A stretch of 60,519 nt of DNA from Octopus bimaculoides (Eukaryota): assembly GCF_001194135.2 (NCBI RefSeq), contig NC_069003.1, forward strand, positions 27,091,687 through 27,152,205, in the 5' to 3' direction. Shown here one piece after another: positions 11,783-24,579 of the stretch. Made by a program: the position numbers and the translations under genes. Each line of letters starts with the position of its first letter. Position 1 is the first letter of the stretch. The notes beneath the pieces were generated by a model. That model had not been told where the DNA came from, ran no database searches, and saw nothing but the letters and a program-made list of their open reading frames with translations.

Positions 11783-12616
11783 NNNNNNNNNNNNNNNNNN
11801 NNNNNNNNNNNNNNNNNNNNNNNNNNNNNNNNNNNNNNNNNNNNNNNNNNNNNNNNNNNNNNNNNNNNNNNNNNNNNNNNNNNNNNNNNNNNNNNNNNNN
11901 NNNNNNNNNNNNNNNNNNNNNNNNNNNNNNNNNNNNNNNNNNNNNNNNNNNNNNNNNNNNNNNNNNNNNNNNNNNNNNNNNNNNNNNNNNNNNNNNNNNN
12001 NNNNNNNNNNNNNNNNNNNNNNNNNNNNNNNNNNNNNNNNNNNNNNNNNNNNNNNNNNNNNNNNNNNNNNNNNNNNNNNNNNNNNNNNNNNNNNNNNNNN
12101 NNNNNNNNNNNNNNNNNNNNNNNNNNNNNNNNNNNNNNNNNNNNNNNNNNNNNNNNNNNNNNNNNNNNNNNNNNNNNNNNNNNNNNNNNNNNNNNNNNNN
12201 NNNNNNNNNNNNNNNNNNNNNNNNNNNNNNNNNNNNNNNNNNNNNNNNNNNNNNNNNNNNNNNNNNNNNNNNNNNNNNNNNNNNNNNNNNNNNNNNNNNN
12301 NNNNNNNNNNNNNNNNNNNNNNNNNNNNNNNNNNNNNNNNNNNNNNNNNNNNNNNNNNNNNNNNNNNNNNNNNNNNNNNNNNNNNNNNNNNNNNNNNNNN
12401 NNNNNNNNNNNNNNNNNNNNNNNNNNNNNNNNNNNNNNNNNNNNNNNNNNNNNNNNNNNNNNNNNNNNNNNNNNNNNNNNNNNNNNNNNNNNNNNNNNNN
12501 NNNNNNNNNNNNNNNNNNNNNNNNNNNNNNNNNNNNNNNNNNNNNNNNNNNNNNNNNNNNNNNNNNNNNNNNNNNNNNNNNNNNNNNNNNNNNNNNNNNN
12601 NNNNNNNNNNNNNNNN

Positions 12617-12700
<84 letters not shown>

Positions 12701-12882
12701 CATATGTATATATATATATATATGTATATCTATCTATCTATCTATTAATCAATTACTTCCCTTCTAGCAACGTATGGTAACCTATCTAACACGAAAGTAT
12801 CATCTAAACGGAATTTTACCCTCTTCTTTGACGTCCGAACCAAAATACACACACACACACACACATATATCAAGCATATATT

Positions 12883-12963
<81 letters not shown>

Positions 12964-13023
12964 CCATATACATACATACATACATATATATATATATCTA
13001 CACATATATATTTGCACGCGCGA

Positions 13024-13065
<42 letters not shown>

Positions 13066-13903
13066 GTACATAAGTAAATAGATACATTAATAACTTCATA
13101 AATAAGTTGGTATATAATTATGTCAATAAAAGAAAGACAAAGTAAAACCACAATAAACTCATCATATGTATACATATATATATATATATATACACACACA
13201 CATTATAGATTACATTCTACACTACCGCCACCACCATCACCTTCACCACCATAACCACCACCACCACCACCACCACCACCAACACACCAACTAATTTCTC
13301 TTCTCCCAATTTCCAGTACAAATTACTGTAAATGACACCGAAGAAGCAATGGACGTTGGAAAGTAGTTTGGAGCGAACGGATTCTTGATTCATAACGAAC
13401 ATAATAGCACTTCTATGTTTCTATTTTTCTACATGCATTATTTACTTCAACTTATTTTATATATTAATATTGTTACTTTTTTTTTCGTTCTCGTTCTTAT
13501 TGTTCTTATGATTCTAGTTGTTGTTGTTACTATTGTTGTTGTTGTTATCTCAATAGATGTTGCGTTCTTTTTTTTAATCTTTTCTATGTTTCTAAGTAAT
13601 TAACTCAACCAGTGATGATCGCGTGACCTTTACTATTCCTTACTTCTGTTCGTCTTCTTCAGCATTACAGTGTTTCACTTAGGCCTTTCCCAATTATTGC
13701 GTGTATACACACGCACATACACGCGCACGCACGCACGCACACACACACACACACACACAGTCTCACGCGTGCACATATACATACACAAGCACATAAGGTT
13801 CTCTTGTCATCTTGTAAGAAAACAATAGACTTCAAATAACTTTGTCCCCGTTTGTATCTTTGACTTCTTTCATTATACGCATTACTGCGATCTCTTGATC
13901 GAA

Positions 13904-14194
<291 letters not shown>

Positions 14195-15029
14195 GTCCCT
14201 GTATTTGTCTATCTGTATGTCTATTTGCTTATCTATATGCCTGCCTGTCTACCCGTTTGCTCTTTGTCTTTTTATATATCTATCAACTTATACATATATG
14301 AACACAAATACTTTCATATGCATACATAGAAACGACAAGAATAGCCGGTACATGTACGATTGATATTTATGAGAAATAGTTTCAATTCACTCATTTCCAT
14401 CGCATTTAGTTTCAGAATTACGAGTATTACGAAACAAGAATATCACAACTGTAGGACTGGCGTTAATAAATGACGCCATGACTTTAAAAATAAACCTTCT
14501 TGTAGACTCGTCCACTTCGTTAGTGGAGACGATTGTCTGGTTACTTCCAATCCCTTTGCTTGCAAGTTCGGTGCTTTGAGACAGAATTTAACACAATCAG
14601 CAGGATAATAACGAACGCTGGGAAATCGCAGTTATATCATGATAATTTCTGCCCGGTCAAATCATAGTTATCCTTTGCTTAACAACTAATTGTGCTAGAA
14701 GTTATGAGGTTAAACATCTCGTGGAAATGTTTAACCTCAACATCCTCAGAAAGCTAACTCTTCCTGGAACTCAGGATTGTTCATAGTTGATAGTTTATCA
14801 GTAGAAACGGGTAAGATATGGATAGGTTTAGAAAAAAAATTAGTAGAAATATTTTGAATATTATTTAAGCATAACTGACTAACTTATCGATAGCTACGTT
14901 TCTAGTATTAAATGCTAGATTTAAATGCTGGATAGGAATTTCTGACAATGTTTGTGCTAACTCTTAAACTGCATGGTGGATTAAACTAAGCCACTATGTA
15001 ACAAGCCAAATTAGAACATCAAACCCCGT

Positions 15030-15100
<71 letters not shown>

Positions 15101-17081
15101 TAATATGTGTGTATGTGTATGTGTGAGTGTGTGAGTGTGTGAGTGTATGTGTTTATTTTATCTCACAGAAAGCGATAGAGAGAAAGAGAGAGAAGAGAGA
15201 TATTTCAATAATACATACCCCAGTTATAATTAGGAAACTTGATGTAAGAATGCTAAAGAAAGTTTCTGATTTCTCTTAAGAAATGGGTATATATTAAATG
15301 AGCTGCCACTAATATAACGAGGTACTAACTTCAGTGGGAAGCAAGTATATTGAAATCTTCACACAAGAGAAAAGTCATAGAGTAGAAGGTAATGTGGTTT
15401 AATCCACTATGCAGCTTAAATGTTGACCGAAATGCAAGTAGAAAATATCTTCCTCTTGTATAACAGCATTCCTACCGTCAGACTAACACAATGTTATGCT
15501 AAGGCTAGCTAACCTAATACAGTAACAGTAGCTTCCAAAATCTAATATTCAACTGAAAATATACCCCTAACACACTCTGTTATAAACAATCAATTTTCGT
15601 GTCAAAATACTCCAACCTATTCACCCAGAAGAACCTCGAATTGGAAGGTAATGATTTTTTGAACAAGTGTAAAAACTCTGAATATCATTGGAAGGAATCA
15701 CAGGTGATCCACAAGGAACAATTACAAAAACCTTTCGTACTGTAATCTACACATTCTTATGAATATTCTGCTAGAAATTCAGGACCTTTGTACTGGAATA
15801 CATGGCAATAAAATGCCTCATCATCTGAAAAAATGCACCCTTTACGCCAATGAATCACGAAATTGCACGATTTACTCGAATTAAAATTACTCCCCACCAC
15901 AAGACATTTCATTCCCAGGAGGGGTATAACCCACAAATTTAGTTCACATTACTGAAATATGTAATAATACACCTACATTTCATGTGTAAGTATTTAAATA
16001 TAATCGAGAATCTTTTATCTGGAATTCATAAAACCGAAGCCATTGTGGATTTCACTTTTTTTTAGGATTTCGGGGCATTTTTTTATATTGGCATATATGT
16101 ATATGATTAGACAGCTTGTGGCCATGTCCCAAATCTAAACATAATATCCATTTATATTTCATTATATCGCTATTCATATACCTTGAATGTAGCTTTGTAT
16201 AAATTTTAAATAACTTTTTATATACATAATACCATCAGAATGGTAAGATATCAATCTCCACCTACGATGTTCCTACGATGTTCATGTTTTGATTAAAAGG
16301 TTACAGTACACGTTCGCCATTTCTATTTTCTTTTCTTCACTCTACAGGTATTAGGTTTTATGTAAGGTATAAAAACAAAACATTGAACATGAATGTAAGG
16401 AAATAAAATTTAAAAAACCTGAAACATGTCAGTATTTTATTTCTAAAGGAATCTATAAGTAATGACTCTAATTATGTTACAGGGAATGGAAATTCAGATC
16501 TAACGTAGAAATGAAGTACTGTGCTAGCGGTGCAGAACAAAACGAAAAAAATAATTGTGAAGATCATTTCATATGAACTTTAAGATGAATGCTAATGAAG
16601 ATAAATGTGCTGTAGATAAACACAAATCCTTTCCAGCACGTTGTGAAATTTTCCATTTGTGGCGTGTCATATCAGCAGTGAAAAAAATCTGCCGGATTTT
16701 GAAACTTCGGCTAAAACATTTTCAATTGTATAAACCAAAATATAATCTACAACCATAAAAAGAAACCCCTTTCGTATGACTCTAATGCAGCATATATCCA
16801 TAATTAACAACTTGTATAATACGAATAAAAGAGTCAAACGAATATTCAATACATGAAACATAATGTTCTAGAAATTAAAACAGTCATCAGTATCACTTAA
16901 ACGAAAATCAGAGATATCGTTTAACTACCGTCATCAGATGAAATTTCTCTTGGAATGGTTACACAAATCTGAAATTCCAAGAATTAGTCATGCATGTACG
17001 CAGTTATCATGTTATACAAGTGGGAAAGAGTAGTTGTTCTTTGCTAAATACTCTAGAATTTATGGTGTCCCTTGCACTTAG

Positions 17082-17146
17082 CAATATTCTTCATCTGCTG
17101 CATATAAGACAACGTGGTTCACCGTGACGAACGAATATTGGCGCAG
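17082..17146 (+). CDS. Candidate 65-bp internal exon of unknown gene
   Basis: TGTCCCTTGCACTTAG| acceptor and CAG|GTAATG donor. Only one frame is open (QYSSSAAYKTTWFTVTNEYWR). Confidence 0.25.
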
Positions 17147-17207
17147 GTAATGCGTTATTCGCACAACTTCAACCAATCACCAAATATTGCCTGAACGGTT
17201 GGATTTT

Positions 17208-17313
17208 TTATCTTTTGTTTGTTTCAGTCATTAGACTGTGGCCATGCTGCAGCACCACCGACCGCAGTGCTTTTTTTCTCTTCTTTTTAAAGCTTGGTAT
17301 TCATTCTATCGGC
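17208..17313 (-). mobile_element. SINE family B-type 3' fragment
   Basis: TGTTTCAGTCATTAGACTGTGGCCATGCTGCAGCACC is the reverse complement of the B tail. Confidence 0.8.
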
Positions 17314-17795
17314 TTTAGTTTTGGTTCCACCCTAGTTTCGAAAATATAAATGCACATAACGATACACAACCTTGAGAAGCCAGCTGTTTCTGTTCATTCA
17401 GGAACAGAGATATGTGATCGCAAAATGGAACCTGTAAAACTGAGTTCATCATATACGAAGCATCAGTCAAGGAGGCCAATGCTAACAACACAATCTCTAT
17501 CAAGAGATACATGGGGACGTAGAATTTACGGAAGAAAGCTTCAAGGTGACATTTATTAACTGTACGTCCTCCTTTAGAGATCGGTGTCAGCATAAAACCA
17601 AGAAACTCTATGGTACTTTAAAGAGTAAGGCACCAGTTACATTATCGACTGGAAAATCCTGACAAATAGCAAACCTTATGCCGCCTGTGACAGAAAGTGC
17701 GAGTACTGCAACACGGAATGCTGGTTCATCTTGAAGAGCGCACTAAGCTTCGCTTTTGGTACCAGTAAACTTGTCACCAAGTATATATATATAGT

Positions 17796-17854
17796 AGTAC
17801 TTATTCTATCAGTTTCTTTTACTGGACAGCTAAGTTACGGGTACGTAAACACAC

Positions 17855-17862
<8 letters not shown>
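17796..17862 (-). mobile_element. SINE family B internal fragment running into a (CA)/(TA) array
   Basis: AGTACTTATTCTATCAG...GCTAAGTTACGGGTACGTAAACACACCAGCA. Confidence 0.8.
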
Positions 17863-17897
<35 letters not shown>

Positions 17898-17899
17898 CA

Positions 17900-17985
<86 letters not shown>

Positions 17986-18663
17986 CATATATATATATAT
18001 ACATATATATAATATTGTATTATATATAAATGTGCGTGTGTGTGTTTGTGTGTGCGCGCGCGTGTATATATATGAATAAAATTTATACATATGAATATTT
18101 GTGTATTTATATACATATGGATAAGTATGTATTTAAGTATGCATATGTATATGTATGTATATACTTGCATACATATATATATGTGTGTGTGTGTGTAATA
18201 ACCAGGTTAGATTTTACAAACTGGAAAATGGATAGTTGAATACGTAAGCCTATGTATCATGTATGTAGTTATGCATGTATGTATGTGTATATATATGTAA
18301 ATATGTATGTACGTTCATCAGAAATGTAGAAAACTGTGTGAAAACACTTTCAAAGAGATTAAGCCATTCTAAAAGATGTACATAGATTTGTCATGGAAAT
18401 CGATAAAACATTCTAAAAATACTGTTAGTGTCACATGACTAGAGCACATAAATTTAAAACTGTGTAGATATAATCAGTAGAGTTGTGGAATGAAAAATTT
18501 GTACGTAAGTACATGAACGATGTCCTCCTACACACATAAGCCATCGCACGTATACAAACGTATACACGCACACACAAAGGATAAAAATACCAGTTACAAA
18601 CACAAATATCTACGCGTCAGTAATAAACTAGAATTACATGTAACTAAATATGCATAAGAAAAT

Positions 18664-18694
<31 letters not shown>

Positions 18695-18738
18695 CGCACG
18701 CACACAGGCAGACAGACAGACAGAAACATATGGATGTG

Positions 18739-18772
<34 letters not shown>

Positions 18773-18796
18773 AGCAACAAGGATATCCAGAGGTAA

Positions 18797-18882
18797 TGCA
18801 GTATGATCGTTTCACGCAACTCCATTTAATTGAACAATGCAACGATTACATCAATTTAAATGCAGGGCAATCATCAGCTGCA
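18797..18882 (-). ncRNA. Type I hammerhead-ribozyme-like motif with long stem II (probably decayed)
   Basis: Minus strand reads UGCAG-CUGAUGA-(57-nt hairpin)-GAAAC-GAUC-AUA-CUGCA. Stem I is a perfect 5 bp. Stem III is one CpG-type transition away from the palindrome ACGAUCGU. Confidence 0.7.
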
Positions 18883-19108
18883 CAAAGACATAGAATTTAA
18901 TTAAATTAAAACAGTTGGACACATTAGTATAATTTTGCCTAAAATCTTCAAGAAGTTAAGGAGATAGACAAAGAACATTGTTCCCCTTCCTTCCACTTAG
19001 AAGCTACTAAGTTATCAGGAAGAAAGACTTGTTACAGATTTTGCTTGTCACTTTTATATGGGGTCAGTTTTAATTTATAGACTAGTTTTATCAAATCCTT
19101 GTACATCT

Positions 19109-19152
19109 AAGGCTGTATACAGTAAATGTATACATTTACTGTATACAGCCTT
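19109..19152. repeat. Perfect 44-bp palindrome with no spacer
   Basis: AAGGCTGTATACAGTAAATGTA|TACATTTACTGTATACAGCCTT. Confidence 0.95.
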
Positions 19153-19200
19153 TTGATTTTTGTTGTTCATGTTTTCAATTTTGTTTTTATTTTCGATTTG

Positions 19201-19278
19201 TCTTTTCTTTTACTTGTTTCAGTGATTTGACTGCGGCCATGCTGGTGCACTGTCTTAAGAAAGATTATAATTTACGAC

Positions 19279-19336
<58 letters not shown>

Positions 19337-19589
19337 NNNNNNNNNNNNNNNNNNNNNNNNNNNNNNNNNNNNNNNNNNNNNNNNNNNNNNNNNNNNNNNN
19401 NNNNNNNNNNNNNNNNNNNNNNNNNNNNNNNNNNNNNNNNNNNNNNNNNNNNNNNNNNNNNNNNNNNNNNNNNNNNNNNNNNNNNNNNNNNNNNNNNNNN
19501 NNNNNNNNNNNNNNNNNNNNNNNNNNNNNNNNNNNNNNNNNNNNNNNNNNNNNNNNNNNNNNNNNNNNNNNNNNNNNNNNNNNNNNNNN

Positions 19590-19629
<40 letters not shown>

Positions 19630-19683
19630 GCGACGGGTTTCCACTCAGTTTCCGTCTATGAAATTCGCCCAAAGACATTGGTC
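19201..19683 (-). mobile_element. SINE family B pieces on both sides of a (CA)n-gap-(TA)n block
   Basis: Tail at 19201-19258 (CTTGTTTCAGTGATTTGACTGCGGCCATGCTGG). Segment 19627-19683 (CGACGGGTTTCCACTCAGTTTCCGTCTA) resembles, from memory, the B region just 5' of the internal microsatellite. Confidence 0.65.
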
Positions 19684-19757
19684 GTTTGTAAGTATCCCCC
19701 AAATATTTCATACAGCGTTATCTCGTTCTGTAGTTATTTTAAACAATATTTTGAAAT

Positions 19758-19953
19758 TTAAGCACAAGGCTAGGAATTTTAAGGGAAGAAGTGTTAATCG
19801 ATCCCCTCCACCTGGGTACTTGATTGATACTTTATTTTATCGATTCAAGAAAAAAAGAATTAAAAGAAATGATGACCTTGTCGAAATTTGAACACATAAC
19901 GTAAAGATCCAGAAGAAATTCCAACGGTCTAACAGTTCTGCCATTTCAACACC
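19758..19953 (-). mobile_element. SINE family A, old diverged copy
   Basis: GCACAAGGC...TAATCGATCCCC...GACCTTGTCGAAATTTGAACAC...CTAACAGTTCTGCC, colinear with A. Confidence 0.7.
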
Positions 19954-20085
19954 TTTGTCGGGCAAGACTTTGCTCCAATAGAGAAATGTTGGAAAGTAAT
20001 AATTAAGTTAGTGTAAGCATCTTACAAGAATAGTAAGCTAGAGTTAACTAACGCTAGCATAATAAGCTAGCGTTAGTAAACTGAT

Positions 20086-20292
20086 TTCAAATTTTGGCTC
20101 AAGGCCAGTTATTTCGTGGGTAGAGTGAAGCAGACTACATCGAGCCCAGTGCTCAACTGGTACTTATTTTATCGACCTCAAAAAGATGAAGGGCAAACTC
20201 GACGTGATAATTTCAACTCGAATGTAAAGACGAAGGAAATGCCGCTAAGCATTTGCCCAGCGTGCTTAAAGATTCTACCAGCTCGCTGCTTT
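20086..20292 (-). mobile_element. SINE family A, full-length diverged copy
   Basis: Head, core and tail all colinear with 42294-42527. Confidence 0.85.
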
Positions 20293-20855
20293 AATTAGCG
20301 TTAGTATATAACAAGAATAGTAATCTAGCGTTAACATATTTGAAGAATACGTTAGCGTTAGCAGATTACTAGTTATCGCTAATAGGTTACAACAACAAGT
20401 TAGAACAATATGTTAGACTTCACATATTGCAAGAACAATAATTTGTTGTTAGTGTTAGCATAGTTTAAAATAGTGAGGATAAATGTCTAAGAAAAAAATT
20501 TTTACAACTACTAATATTATTTTACTCAACTTCGTGTGAGTTTCGGGTTTGTTACATCTGTTCAGTTAATCGTAAATAACACCGTATTTTTCCGAGTGGT
20601 AATGAGCCAATTGCAAAGTCGATGTTCCATATATTTACATAAACAGACGTGATAACTTAGTATATTATTAAAGAAAATCAATGAGAATAAAAAAGACAAA
20701 AAATTCGACATAAAAGTGAAGATTAGTTTAGTATGAAAACAAATTATGAACATTATTTAGAAAATGCAAATGGATGTATATTTACCATAACACGTTGTAT
20801 AATACATGGGGGCTATAACAGAAGAGACTTGCCTCAATAATTATGCCCCAAACTA

Positions 20856-20886
<31 letters not shown>

Positions 20887-21145
20887 TGTATGTATGTATG
20901 AATGAATATGTATATGTGTGTGTGTATGTGTGTATGTGTGTGTACATCTCTACTCTCCGAAGACCACGAGTACTCGAAACCGCCATATTATCTAATATTC
21001 GGTGAGAAAGCAATTGGTAAAGTTGGTAAATTCAGCTGAAATAGATCTATAATACTGTGTACTTTGATTTATGTATAAATTTATACGCACATATATATGT
21101 GTTTGTGTGTACGTGAGAGAGAGAGAGTGTGTGTGTGTGTATCGT

Positions 21146-21197
<52 letters not shown>

Positions 21198-21214
21198 TGT
21201 AGGGGCACGGTTGT

Positions 21215-21438
21215 GTACGCCTTCCATCGCGTGCCAACCGGTGTTGGTTTGTTTACGTCTCCGAAACTTAGTGCTTTCGGCAGAAGTGATCGGTAGAATA
21301 AATATGAGACANNNNNNNNNNAAAAAAAAAAAAAAAAAAAAACTAATGGGCTTAGTTTTTTTTTTTTCCCCACTAAACCCTTTAAAATTGTCCCTCAGCA
21401 CGGCCACAATCTAATGACCAACAGAAATAAAAGATAAA
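21215..21438 (+). mobile_element. SINE family B-type 3' half, diverged, with a 10-N gap
   Basis: CAACCGGTGTTGGTTTGTTTACGTCTCCGAAACTTAG...CAGCACGGCCACAATCTAATGAC. Confidence 0.75.
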
Positions 21439-22121
21439 AATACAAAATATACAACGCAGATATATATAACGTGGATTATTCCAAGAATTATGCTTAGAAA
21501 AAAAAACAAACTCTCCGCCATGCTAATACGTAGAGTAATTTCCATCACTAGAAACACGTCGAAACTAAACGTATCTGGATCTGATCGCAAAGCACACGGC
21601 GTTCCGTGGTGATTGGTCAGTGAAAAAAAGCACTAGTGGTATATTACGATAGGACTATTGAAATAGTATAAACTACGATTTGCTGACTAGTTTTTCTGCT
21701 GAAATCCAGTGAAATGCCAGCTGAGATTTCAGGGTATAAGCATGACAGTTTTATAACTTTATCTTTATGATTTCATCGTAAAATATCTTATCTTCGTATC
21801 CACGTCAGTTTTAATCGCTCCCGCTGTAATTCTGTAACTCTTGGGGGCAACACACGGACATCAGAAACACACACGTACACACACACGCACACACACGCAC
21901 ATATATATATATGTATGTATATAAATAAATAAATAATATATATATCTATATATATATATATCAAACAATAAGCAACACGGATTTCAAAAGTGATTGCAGC
22001 ACTCTTTTGAAATCCGTGTTGCTTATTGTTTGATTTTAATCACCCATCCTTTTGGGATGCGATATTCGGGTGCCTTCGCATAAGTACCATATTCAAACCT
22101 TGAATCTCTATCTAAACCGTC

Positions 22122-22219
<98 letters not shown>

Positions 22220-22720
22220 TACATGCATATGTGTATATACATACATACAAACATACACACATCTATATATACTCCCAGACAAAGAAACATGCAGATACGC
22301 AGACGCACACACACACACACACACATAGAGAGGGATAGAGAGAGAAAGAGAGAAGAGAGACACCACGCCTATGTATATCTCTAAGTGTATCAGCGTTTGT
22401 ATGTATGTATCTTTCTCTCTTTTTTATGTATACGTGTCTGTATGTGTTTGTGTGTATGCGTGTATGTGTTTGCGCGCGCATGTGTGTGTATATGCATGTG
22501 TGTGCGTGTGCGAGTGTGAATTTATGATGTTGCGTTCTGGTTGAACATCTAAATGTATAAGGAACATCTATTGCAAGGCTCCAAAAAGAAACTACAATGT
22601 TGAAACGGGTGTAGGAGCTATGATATAAACTCGCGTTTATATTTATTTCTACTGTGCATATGTTTAGGTGTAGATGTATGTATGTATGTATGTATGTATG
22701 TATGTATGTATGTGCGTGTA

Positions 22721-22808
<88 letters not shown>

Positions 22809-22931
22809 GGGAGAAAGAGGGAGATATAGTTGATAGATAGATAGACAGAGGAGATAGAGAGGCAGAGAGAGAGAGAGACAGACAGACAGATAAATAAAGA
22901 GGCAGACAGCCAGACAGCCAGCCAGCCAACC

Positions 22932-22966
<35 letters not shown>

Positions 22967-22970
22967 TAGA

Positions 22971-23001
<31 letters not shown>

Positions 23002-23379
23002 ATAGATAGATAGATAGATCTTCGTAAAGTGCAGGATTGTCAGAGGAAGAGATTGGAAATATATACCAATATGGATGAATAGTTTATTGTTTGAAATAAT
23101 AACTAAACTAGTAATTAAATGCCTTGTAAATAATAAAAGTGATGGTAAAATTTCTAGAATTTCATGTAAAGGATATCCAGTAACAGAGATAGTTAAATAC
23201 CTGAGGTTTCATGTTAAAAGTGTCTGATTTTCAGCGTCTTTGAAAGTAACATATATCACTCACCTGAAAAAGAAAATGAAAAGGAAAAAAATGTTAGTGA
23301 TGTTGTATGCGCAAGGGCAGGAATATGAAGTGTGTGTTTGTTGATTACAGTCTTTCTGTATTTGACAGGTATTGTAATA

Positions 23380-23435
23380 AATAGACTTCGGTAGGATGTA
23401 AGGCAATGCTCACCTTGGCAGGATTTGAACATAAC
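23380..23435 (-). mobile_element. SINE family A, B-box/core fragment
   Basis: Reverse complement GTTCAAATCCTGCCAAGGTGAGCATTGCCTTACATCC versus GTTCAAATTCCACCGAGGTCGACTTTGCCTTTCATCC at 47600-47638. Confidence 0.6.
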
Positions 23436-23720
23436 ACATTATTCTGATTTTGTATGTACGTATGTTTGTATATGCTTTGTTGGTCTTATTTTTATGTGCT
23501 TCTTACCACTGGAGAAGGGAATGGTTTCTAACCTAGAAATTCGGCTCTTTCACTGGAATTATGTATGCATGAATTTTGTTAGAGTTTTAGTTAAGTTCTT
23601 AAGGGAGTTCAAGTTGTTGTTAACAAAGCGACAATACATTTGGAGTTAAGAGAATTCAGGGAGTAAATACATATGTGATTGAATTAGTGTGTTAGTTGAG
23701 CTGTCGACGTATACACCCAT

Positions 23721-23972
23721 GTATGTATGTATGTATACCATTATTCAATTTCATTTCAAGATTTCTTGCCAATAGAGAAAGAACCGGTTTCTAACCTAGA
23801 TCCAAGGCTCCTCCATTGGAATTACAACATCAACAACAGGGTATGTATATATATGTATGTATGTATACCATTATTCAATTTCATTTCAAGATTTCTTGCC
23901 AATAGAGAAAGAGCCGGTTTCTAACCTAGCTCCAAGGCTTCTTTATTGGATTTTCAACAACATCAACAAAGT
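23721..23972. repeat. Tandem duplication with 130-bp period; degenerate third copy at ~23497-23561
   Basis: ATGTATACCATTATTCAATTTCATTTCAAGATTTCTTGCCAATAGAGAAAG occurs at 23731 and 23861. Confidence 0.9.
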
Positions 23973-24520
23973 ACTTTTCCATGTATGTATATGTGCAGTT
24001 TTGTATGTTTAAAAAATCTACTTTGAACGGTTAAATGCTAGTTTACCTTGATAGAAACAATGAAGTTATAAGTAAGTAGGGTTGAAATTAATACACACAA
24101 TGTTTCACAACTGTAGCGTCATTCCTCCATAGTCAGCCTATGAACTTTTCAGCCCAACCTCGTACGAGATATTTATATAAGACAGAAAACATGCTGCATA
24201 TATTGTATTCAGTACTATTATTTCAACTACTTGTTGAACACGACGTAGCTTTAAAAACAACAATGATTTATGTCTCTTAGGGAAATTATACATCTTAGCG
24301 AAGTATCAACATGCAAACATATTTCTATGTCTTCGTTCATATACTTTATACATTTGTATATTTGTGCATTTGTGTACATATGAGAAAGTGTTTGTTTACT
24401 TCGGTTTATGCAAATGTATTAAGCTATACGTTTGTGTATATATCGGTTCTATGTTGTGCGTTTATGTGCATATGAACAGTTATATACGCACATCTGTATT
24501 CACATATATACGAATAGCTG

Positions 24521-24579
<59 letters not shown>

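Noticed and set aside
14480-14600. Open frames in a GC-richer patch (TELASKGIGSNQTIVSTNEVDESTRR and others)
   Set aside because: No consistent splice sites, codon bias or recognisable motif.
16261-16283. 11-bp tandem duplication CCTACGATGTT
   Set aside because: Trivial slippage event with no associated structure.
16410-16435. GAAACATGTC, a typical minimal-hammerhead stem III
   Set aside because: No CUGANGA upstream.
20950-20990. CCGAAGA...GAAAC hammerhead-like spacing
   Set aside because: The core is mutated and none of the three stems pair.
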